A DNA stretch of 46,246 nucleotides. Origin: Catajapyx aquilonaris (lineage: Eukaryota). The stretch is taken from contig JYFJ02000807.1 in the NCBI GenBank assembly GCA_000934665.2, positions 62,001 to 108,246 of the forward strand, given 5' to 3'. Under the pieces are notes generated by a model. That model saw only the letters and a list, made by a program, of their open reading frames with translations, did not search any database and was not told the DNA's origin. Below are positions 36,710 to 46,246 of this stretch, piece after piece (position 1 is the stretch's first letter; every line of letters starts with the position of its first letter). The position numbers and the translations under genes were made by a program.

Positions 36710-39226
36710 ATGCACCACACCTGCCCACCGGGACCGAGGCCCGTGAATCTCGGCCCGGGGGCGGCCCATCCCTCGTCCACGCTGCTGCTGATCCTCTTCA
36801 TGCTTGCCTTCCTGCTGGTCGGAACGTCTGCTTACAAGCGGAGTACGTTACTTCCTCATTGCAGCCTCCTCTCTCACCCAGAGGCAGACCAAACTTGCAG
36901 TCATTCATATCATGTGAAATAATTGCATCCAGTTGTTTGTGTATGCATTTGGTACACTATATGGGATTCAAACACTTGGTCCTAATTTGTGCGCATGCAA
37001 TGGGTGTAGCGATTGACCATGTCATATGATCATTGAGAGGTAGTAGGTATCAGGTAAAGTGTGAACCAAATGCAGGTAATAATAACTAGTCAGCCCATGT
37101 TGTGTGGTAATCAAGACACCACGTATTATTAAGTTTACGTTGAGTAAAGCAGGAGTAACGATAAAAGCATCAGTACAACTTGACTTGAGTGTCATAATTA
37201 TTTTTGGTCGTGTCTTCTCACTTCTGAGACAGATGCTGTTGAGCTAGGTTGTGAGAAGAAGTAGTCAACAACAGTTCTCATATCTGGTGATAAAGCATTC
37301 AGGCACACTCTTTGCCAATGCAGAGTTACACTGGTGATGCAGTGGTGTTGCTGTGGGCTGCTTGACAAGTTGTAATATTATGGTTTGGAGAATTGTAGCA
37401 CCAATGATAGACTAATGGCCTAATTGCCACATATTATTTTAGGGCTTCTGGTTTTTTTGGTAGTTGATTTAATCCTACATCCATTATAAGCATTTGAACT
37501 GATGAACATGTGTCCTTTCAGTGTACATCGAGGGTGCAAATGTGTGCTCTCCAAGTCAAAGAAGGCAGAAGCTGAAAATGTCGGAAGGTGATGACATTTA
37601 TGGCATAATTGTGCAGCTGACACACTATGCTTCTATTGCGGACAAGACTTATGGTCTCGACTGCAAATTTGAGGTCATTGCTCCAGATGGTTTCAGACTA
37701 TTTCTTGTTATTGAAAAAATGGACTTTCGAATTAGCACAGAAGGCAGATGCATCGATTCAATCAAGGTATACTCTTTCATTCTACTCTAAGCATGAAAGG
37801 ATCCACGATTGTTTTTGTCGTGTTTCTCAATAATATGTAAGGTTTTATTTGTTTAAATAGCGTAGGTAGCAAAAATAGAACCAAGTTTTCCTAGTGACAG
37901 TCCAAATCATAAACGTCCAGGGATTTTAGCGCCNCCCCCCCGGTCCCAAAAAAAGAAAAAAAAGAAAAAGAAAAAGAAAGCCACGAAAGTAAATGTTAAA
38001 CATATAGTTGTCACTTAATATTTTTATTTGTAAAGAATAAGTTCCGGTTCACCAAGACCGGTTTATGATAAAACCCTGGTTCTTTCGGAAAAGCCATACA
38101 AATATGTATGGATTTTCCGAAAGAACTGTGGTTTTATTATAAGCTGGTCTTGGTGAAACCAGCCTTGAGTAATGCTGATTAATCTATGATGCTGATATTG
38201 ACCGTACCAGTACAAAGAAAGACCTGCATATCTTAGATTCCATTTTGATAATGGCCTCATGTGTACCTTGCTAAAATTGCTTTTTGTCACAGTTCAAATG
38301 GTCAGGATATCAGTCTGGTATGTTATGTGGAACAAGGAAACCAAGTGACCCTCTTGTGGACCCAAGTTTTGTTTCTGATGCAAATTCAGATGCAATCAAC
38401 ATGTTCCATGACAGAGGAGAGATAAAAGTAGACGTGAATATAGGACCAAAGTATTTGGTGTCAGGACCAAACCAAAATTTAAATCCTCCTGTACCAATTG
38501 AAATAACACTCATCTTTACTGCATTTAAAGGTAAGATGAAAGAGCTTGTACTATAGATCTTGCAGAGCATGTTGTATAACTCCATCTTTTGAATGCAGGT
38601 TGCTCCCAGTTGGGTGTGTTCAAGCAGTGGAAGTCATGCCCAGGCTATAATGACTTCTGCATAAATGACAATTTGATATGTGACAACCACATAAACTGTG
38701 GCCTTGGATCAAAAAATGACGAATCGGGATGTGAACCAGAACCTGCAGGTGAGATGACTATATCCTTCACATCACCATGTGTGTCTACCAATAACTCACA
38801 CTGTGATCTCATCCAATTCTAGGTGGTCAACTTCCAATATTTGTGTTTGTTATCATTTTGGTAGGACTTTTAATAATGGGCATCCTCTTCTGTGGTGCTG
38901 TTCACCATCTCAGAAAGGGCCGACATTGCTGTTGGAAGCCTGCTGAGGTTTCCAGTGTGGCAGCACATCGCCAGTACCATCACAGGCCTCCAAGCAGAGT
39001 TCCCAACAGGAGGCATTCAGTCCATGAGGAAGACCCTCCTGAGGTGATTAGGCCGTCAGCCCCAGAAGAGACACACCTGGAAGACTTTTCTGTCCTTCCT
39101 CCTGAAACTTCAGCACCCAGGGAGAGTGATTCCACTCACTTAGAAGCAAAGAATGACGTGAATGAAGATCTGCCCCCATCATATGCATCCCTTTTTCCTG
39201 AAGATGCCACCAGTTCAAGAGCATAG
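36710..39226 (+). CDS. CUB-like/LDLa type-I membrane protein with PSAP and PPSY motifs (likely progenitor-like family member G)
   Basis: Exons 36710-36842 (hydrophobic LLLILFMLAFLLVG; start uncertain), 37522-37766 (CKFEVIAPDG..CIDSIK), 38293-38530, 38599-38748 (CPGYNDFCINDNLICDNHINCGLGSKNDESGC), 38823-39226 (TM; RPSAP; LPPSYASLFP). Intron positions and phases match paralogues A-F. Confidence 0.87.
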
Positions 39227-40469
39227 AGAGATTTACAGTGGAAGTGCCAATAGAAGTGCCTTGAAGTTTCTGCATGTTCCACATGGGACCAGTGTGATTA
39301 CCTTTCTGAAGGTATTATTTTATTGAGTGGTGTGTTATGTGGCATGAATTCCGTCCTTTTTTGCACATGGTGATATCATGCTGTGTATGTGATTTTATAT
39401 CTTTCAAAGAAGCTAAAGAGTGTTGGCACTGTGTATTAATCATGCTGCATCTAACTGTGATTTTCGCTCATAGTCTGTTATACATCAAAATGAATCTTCA
39501 TTAGATTTGCCATATAAAGGAAGGATGTCAATGGAGATTTTTACTGCATTGAGTTCTCATTTTATGTATTGTATATTGTATTATTGTATTTTATCAGGTT
39601 TTTAAAGTTACACATTGGAAATAAATGCTCACAAAGCGGTCCCGATTTTATTGGTTATACTACAGTACTGTCCTGATATTTGCACCATTCACACCCATGT
39701 GTTGCAGTGTATAGTCTCTAACAAAATTTAGAGGTAGGTTGCAGGTTAAAAGAAACTGACAATGTGAATAATAAATAGGGCCTATATAATAATTTTTTAT
39801 GGGGTGTAGGGGTGCTCCACTATTATTTTAGTGGAGAGCGGATGCCACAAGCTTTTTGACATACACTCTGTTAATATGCACCTTTGGTCTGCTGCTATTA
39901 GTAGGATTTCTGAGTCAGGATCAAGATGTTCTCTGTCTTCCCCATTGTCAACTGGATGAATTCAATTGGTAATGACAAGTTCTTTTGCTGGTTCCCACAG
40001 AATTCACCCACATTGATATATGAACCCAAATACTCAGTAATAATCGCGGTTGGCCGTGCTCTGCGTAGCAAACAAAATAATAGTGGGCTATATCTGGACT
40101 GGATCCAGTGTCATCAATGCTGTGTAATGGGGTAAATAATTATGTTTCTCCCACTTGAGGATTTTTTGGTCATTCAGCTGATGGACACTCACTCACAGTC
40201 AGAAAGCCTACTACAGGTTCAGATATGGAACACGGGTACTCATATCATTGAAAGGCACGGTTGCAATTATTAGGCCAGTGCCAAAATTCTGGTTTAGCTA
40301 TGAAGTAAATGGCATTGTTGCAGTTTTAGGAAAAGCAGTGTGGTGACTCATAGTGCTTGTGATAATGCTACAGATATTTCGGAAGCATAAGCAACTGAGA
40401 GCAGGTAAAAAATATCTCTGGTCATATTAGGGGCAGTTGGAAAGTAAGTTTTGCAATGCTACAGTTTTG

Positions 40470-41125
40470 ACGCCATGTGACGGACTGGGCAGATATGTTG
40501 ATCCTTCCTCTATACTATAGGAAGGGTATGTGTCTTCTTGCACCTTATGCCCAGGTGCAGCAGCCGTTGGACGAGGCCAACTGGTGAGCAGAGCGTGCCT
40601 GCCCATATGCCTCCAGGAGAAGTCATGCCAGACAGCTAGAGAGTATTGACAAAAGTGAGGGCAGATTTTCGCTACCAGTGGTCGACATATGACATACGAC
40701 ATTCATGATTCATAGCCGGATAGTGGAGGTGTAATATTGGTCAGGAGATGTCATGTCTGAGCAAATGGTGGGCCAATGTGGTGCCAGAATTGGGTGGTGC
40801 AGCCATTTCCGGAATAAGCTCGTGAGCGTGACGGAAAACAAGAGACCTTGGACTACCGGTCAGGGCAATTACCGATACTGTCCTCAAGTGTCCTAACTTC
40901 TGCCTTAGTCTGCCTTAGTGACCAACACTGTCTCTCTGCCATGACTAACTTCTCCTGGCGACATATGGGTGAACACACTTGGCTCGCCACTTGCTCTCGT
41001 CCGACGGCTGCTGCGCCTGTGCATAAGGTGCAAGGAGGCACCACAGCAGCCTACCTGTCCTACAAAGTAGAGGAAGGAGCAATGTCTCTGCCCATGCTTG
41101 TCTTTACCTGGTCCGTCACATGCAG
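40470..41125. repeat. Diverged long inverted repeat (old foldback/MITE element; ends approximate)
   Basis: About 40470-40680 matches the reverse complement of about 40880-41125. Example: cttgcaccttatgcccaggtgcagcagccgttggacgag vs ctcgtccgacggctgctgcgcctgtgcataaggtgcaag. Confidence 0.7.
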
Positions 41126-41174
41126 CTGTAACTGTAGCATCCCGAAACTTAGTTTCCGACTTACCCTCATATAA

Positions 41175-42745
41175 TCTAGTTTGGGAATCTAATAGTGAAA
41201 CCAACCCAAGGTAAAGTAATGGCTAAGTATTGTCTGGCTGTATTATGCCGCATTTACATGTGAGCGATTTGATCAGCAGCATGCAGCGATGAGTATCGCT
41301 GAATGATGTATCCATCAATTGTTTGGGGCGAAAGTAACAATCGATTTTCACTCCTAAACTATTGGTTTCATAGCTGAGTGAATCACTCATATGTAAACAC
41401 AGCCTTTAGGATGGGCCCAAAAACATGCAGTAGCATTGGCAGAAGCTCATCACATACACGCAGAGTTCGGCAGAGGAGGGACCAAGAGCCTGCTGTGGAA
41501 GAACACCAGGCACGTCTGAATGCTAAAGCTATATATGGAACGTCAGGCCCGTCTCAGTGCTGATTCCGCCAGACACTCCACCAACAGACAAAATGAGTCT
41601 GCTGAAGAAAACCAAGCCAGACTCCATTCTATGAGAAACGCAGCCATCAGCCAGAGATTAGCTCCATTTTCCTCAACCCATCTCCTAAATGCCGCTTTCC
41701 ACTACTCAGCTGACATGGACTATTCTTCTGTCGATGTTGTTGCAATATGTCAGAGGTATGCCAACATTGTCAGGCAAAGAAGTGGAAAGGTGAAACAAAA
41801 TCGATCTGCTGCTCCAATGAAAAGGTAGCCTTCCTCTACTGGCTGAGCCTCCACAGCTACTTAAAATGCTCCTCTTAGGTACAGGACATAATTCAAAACA
41901 TTTCCTGAAGACCATCAGAAATTACAATTCAGTCTTCCAGATGACATATTTTGGGGGCAACGTTGTAAGAGCAGGGGGATTCATGCCTACATTCAAAGTG
42001 CAAGTGCAAATTCACCATTGCATGGGATCACTCCTTCCTTCAGAAAATGAGAGTCCACGGTTTCTGCAACTTTACTTCGTGGGGAACATGCAACACCAGG
42101 CGGAATACCGTTGCACCTACTTAAACGGCACACGCATGGACATCATACTGCAACTTCAGGAGATGATCCATTCCACTCACACTATGTCAAAAGCTTCAAA
42201 CTTGCACTTGAGAGTCCTCCTTCTCCAGAATCTGAATTGGTTATCGATGCAGACAAGTGATCTCAAGCATCGTGGTCGATTCAATCAACTTTCTTGCAAT
42301 GAGATTTCCGACTTGCTGTCATGATGAGTGGTCAGGAGCATGGTAAGAGGGATATTGTGTTGAAGCTTCACGACAACACGCTTCATCTATGCAATAATTA
42401 TGAATGTAATTGGCTATACCAAATTTTCCATGTGCATGAAGTCCAAACAACACACTATGGATGTCAGATTGTAAGCTCTGCTATGTTGGAGCTTCTACTA
42501 CATTTACTACACGGCCTTCAATTTTTCATAATATACTTTTGCTGGATTTTTAAGGTGTATTGTGTATTTTCTTACAATCTCACATACGCAGTGTGTTGTT
42601 TGGACTTCATGCACATGCAATATGCTCCATGTTACAGGCATGCCAATATTGTATAGCCATAATTATTGCGAAGGTAAATTCTACCAAATCAATGAGATAC
42701 TCCTATGGAAATTCATAACCCGAGCAACGCCGGGTATTCTGCTAG
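41175..42745 (+). mobile_element. Decayed, internally deleted Helitron (5' end approximate)
   Basis: Frameshifted Rep/helicase N-terminal remnants (HFLKTIRNYNSVFQMTYFG..PTFKVQVQIHHCMGSLLP..PRFLQLYF; RDIVL). Canonical 3' end: hairpin acccgagcaacgccgggt (42718-42735) followed by CTAG|T. Confidence 0.88.
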
Positions 42746-43185
42746 TAAGTTAATAAAACGAGTTATGGATTGTTCATTAGCAGCAACTAATTTTATAGCG
42801 AAGCAAATTGTTGGAATCAATCAGAGCCACATGCACATTCACATTATTATAATCAATTAATCATCACAGTGGTCTAGTGGATATTCCATCCTTATAGCCC
42901 TTCCCATTTTCTTGTCACTTGTTGCTATAGCAACGAGTAGCATTTAACCAAGAGAATTTATCTGTACAATAAATAATGAGATGGCAGGTCATTACCGTCT
43001 CTTTCTGTCAAGCACTGAAGCACGTAGGATAAGCATGTTTACCATAGGACACCAATATAATAAGGTTGTCAAAGAAGGTCATTTGGTATTGTTCAGCAGA
43101 GGATGAAGCAATGTTAAATCCGCATTAAGCTGTATTGTAACAACGAATAATATTGTCTGCTGCACATCTTTGAAACAAGCTAGGT

Positions 43186-43499
43186 CAGTGGTTCTCAAAC
43201 TGTGGTACGCGTACCATTGGTGGTACTTCAAGCCATGCCAAGTGGTACTCATGTGGCCTGCGCATATGACTTTGGAGTCTTTTTACCTGTTTATACGCCT
43301 CGTGCTTTTTAAAAACTATTCTTTAACTAGTTTTATATCACTTTAACCTCATAATTATGGTCATTACAGTGATTATAGTGACATTTTCTTCAAAACAACA
43401 CGGGTGTAAATTCATTGACAGTGGTACTTCAGTTTACTGATCCTCACGGAGTGGTAGGTACCTTGTAGGTACTTGTTCAAAAAAGTTTGAGAACCACTG
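43186..43499. mobile_element. hAT (Charlie-like) MITE
   Basis: TIRs CAGTGGTTCTCAAACT / AGTTTGAGAACCACTG; perfect 8-bp TSD agctaggt. Confidence 0.92.
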
Positions 43500-45157
43500 A
43501 GCTAGGTCATCCATAAATCCAAGAACGTCGCCCTGTCGCGTCAGCATGTACACTGTACAGCATATGTCTGAGTATGGCGGGCATATTATGTGCCATTCAT
43601 TTGAATAGATTGCCATTGCAACAGACAAGGGCACCTTCCTCCTGCAATAGCCTCACATAATATTACAGGGTGCTCCAACTGAAATAGTTATTGGCACTTC
43701 TACTGCGCTGTTTATTATTTAATCCACATCTCTCAGCAGTGGTTCTGAAAATTGAAGTCCCTGCAGTATGATGGCTGCTAGTCCACACACAGCATAATCA
43801 AAATATCTCGAAGCCCACTTATTCCTTTAAGCAAACTGTCACTGGCACGGTCACGGGTCAGAAAAGTCTAATCGAAAATTGGCATTGTTGATCAAGTTTT
43901 CTGATCATATAGTGTCACAAATCATCCGCTCTTTCAAGTAGGCTACCGCTATACCGCACGATTAGGCAGTTAAAAAACTTGGACAGCTCCTACATTGTTC
44001 TCGTAAAAGCAATTTTTCTGTAACTATTGGGTATAGTCAGCAAGAGCTTGGTAGGCCTAATAATAGTGGGTGTCAAAGACAGTGGGGCGTGGAATTTTCG
44101 TCCCACTGCTATAGTTACTGCTAACTTCGCTAAGTTAACAGTAACTGTAGCAGTGGGCAGTGGGAGGAAATTCCACCCAGTATCACTATTATTTACTCTT
44201 TGCCCTTTGCCCCTTTGGTGTGTCGATCGACTCGATCGTTACTTTCATATTCGTCTTGGTGTCCACATTCAAATAATCTCCAGGGTTGGAAATAAGTGAG
44301 AATTGGCGGGAAGGCGCCCAGGTGCTTGCTAGTGAGCTGGGCGGAGCTGGGGGCACGCAATAAAACAGCAGGCAAACCACTTGTAATAAAATCAGGCTGA
44401 CTTGACTCGAGCAATGAAATTAGCAAATCTTTAAATAAAATACGGGAAACTGCGTCGCCATGGAGGAAGGCCAGTGTAGGCGGGTGACGACGACGCGACA
44501 TCTTCCGGCAGCCAACGCCACTCGCGTTCTTTTCTTTCTTCGCACTCCACTCCCAAAGTCCCAACGTCCGAAGCTCTGCTAGCACTCCTTCGGCGTGACT
44601 GTCTCGTCGTTTGTCCAGTGAAGCGACGTCGATGGAAGGCTAGGGCAGCGGTGCCGTCATCTGACCGTCTATCTGGGGACTCAGGTGAGCCTGTCCGCCA
44701 CGTAAAGGCGGGGTTCAAGCAATGTGGAAGGGACAACACCCTGTCTGGGCTGGGCTGTCTGTTTTGCTCCTGGCGCTACAATAATATGGAGACAGCCTGT
44801 GCCCCTTCGCCATTTTGGGTTCGACAGGGACGAGACACTTACTTGCTAGTAGCACCTGTGGACTTGGGCACATCTGACGTGGTAGCATGCAAAACATCTG
44901 CGGACGTAGATGTGGGCCAAATTTAGGTGGTGTATCACATGCCATTATGCTAGCACCAGTATGGGCAGTAAATAATCTTATTTGCATGTGGGTGGGATTA
45001 GCCTGGTCTTGCGTTCATGGTGTTTATGCATGGCATCTGGCACACTGCAGGTATATAGGATTAAACTAGCCTGTCGGGGATAATGCAAAGACTCACACTG
45101 TCAACGCACATGTGTGTTGTCAGCCTTATCAGCGAGTTATAATAATTGTTACCTTGT

Positions 45158-45571
45158 ACCGAAGCAGTAGTGGTGGAGTGGATATGGCGTCTGACTGCTA
45201 ATCGGGAGGTCCTGGGTTCGAGTCCCAGAGGCCGGCGATCCTGACCTTCGTTTTCTGTGGTTTTCCAAGGTCGCCCCAGGAACATTCTGGGATCGTACAG
45301 TAAAATAAGCCACAGCTGCTTCCTTCCTTTCCCTGCCCTGGAGGAGGTGCGGTGTCGGTGAGGGTTTCAGGCCTGCGCCTAGGGGGGTGTCTCAAGCTTG
45401 GCCCCCTGAGGGCTCACAGCCCCCACCACAAGACAATGCACTGCACCACTCCTCCCTCTTTATCCCTTCCCTGTCCCCCGCACCGGAGAGAAAGAAAAAA
45501 CATGTGGAAGTAATTTCGCATTGACCACTATAGGTCTCAAGGGGGTACCAAAGTAAATAAATAAATAAATA
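45158..45571 (+). mobile_element. tRNA-derived SINE with (TAAA)n tail
   Basis: A-box gtggtggagtgg, B-box ggttcgagtccc, (taaa)n tail, 10-bp TSD gttaccttgt (45148-45157 / 45572-45581). Confidence 0.85.
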
Positions 45572-45663
45572 GTTACCTTGTGCGGCCTTTTTAAAATTTG
45601 TACCAGATGTTCCCTGTAATTCGGGACAGACTTCTTGGAGTAATGGAGGGGATCAAGACAAGT

Positions 45664-46152
45664 ATTTTTGACATAAGAACTTGTGTCCGGAAACGCCATC
45701 TAGAGGGTGTTCATAGACAAGGAACAGGTGCGCTCAGACGCGGAGGCGTTAGCGAGCGGACCGTATTGTTGATAGATGGCGCTCGGATAGTAAACAACGA
45801 TGCGATGTGCCATAACCTGGCAACAAGGTGGATAGAACCCTACACCGTGCCTGGCATAACCAAAGCAGAACTCTTTGGGCATAACAGAGCCATCTAGCAA
45901 CTAAAGTCCGCCTCCTATGAGACGTGCAGATAGTAAACAACTGTTATATTGTTGCCAGGTTATGGCGTATCGCGTTGTTGTAAGTAAACAACGATGTGAC
46001 ACGCCATAACCTGGCAACAACTGCGCGCCATCTATCAACAAAACAGTCTGCTCGCCTAGCGTCTCCCGCGTGACATGTCTGAATGCACCCGATCCTTGTC
46101 TATGAACACCCTCTAGATGGTTTTTCCAGACATGGGTTCCCATGTCAAAAAT
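45664..46152. mobile_element. Long palindromic (foldback) element
   Basis: Arms such as ccatctagagggtgttcatagacaagga / tccttgtctatgaacaccctctagatgg; symmetry centre near 45900. The right side runs into another element end (gggtcattccatgtcaa, 46153 onward). Confidence 0.75.
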
Positions 46153-46246
46153 GGGTCATTCCATGTCAAATCATCACAGTTTGGAATTAAAATAGGCCTT
46201 GACCCCTCAGATTTTGATGAAACTTGGTGTATCTAGTGTCCTTACA

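Noticed and set aside
37930..37980. C-run containing an N followed by A-rich repeats
   Set aside because: Probably an assembly ambiguity or gap in low-complexity intron sequence.
44400..44930. CpG-rich stretch with several overlapping ORFs
   Set aside because: Could be a promoter or TE fragment, but no protein family, splice structure or termini could be supported.

Overview
Intron-containing eukaryotic DNA from an invertebrate animal, probably an arthropod (inference; species not determinable). It contains four things. (1) The 3' part of a DNMT3-family gene (+ strand, 7 exons, 714-11199). Its ADD zinc-finger domain is intact, but its methyltransferase domain lacks the catalytic Cys and most other catalytic residues, so it looks like a DNMT3L-like pseudo-enzyme. 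(2) A tandem array of six divergent 5-exon paralogues on the - strand (14775-31532), plus a seventh, more canonical copy on the + strand (36710-39226). These encode type-I membrane proteins: signal peptide, CUB-like domain, LDLa-like module, TM, and a tail with PPxY motifs. The six tandem copies share an upstream cassette that includes an out-of-frame ATG 46 or 49 nt before the start codon. (3) A DRC5/TCTE1 dynein-regulatory-complex gene between the array and the seventh copy. (4) Many small mobile elements: hAT, mariner-like, piggyBac-like, Harbinger-like and Sola-like MITEs, tRNA-derived SINEs and a decayed Helitron. Exon boundaries were read by hand from splice signals and frame continuity. 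Family assignments rely on recalled reference sequences, not database searches.
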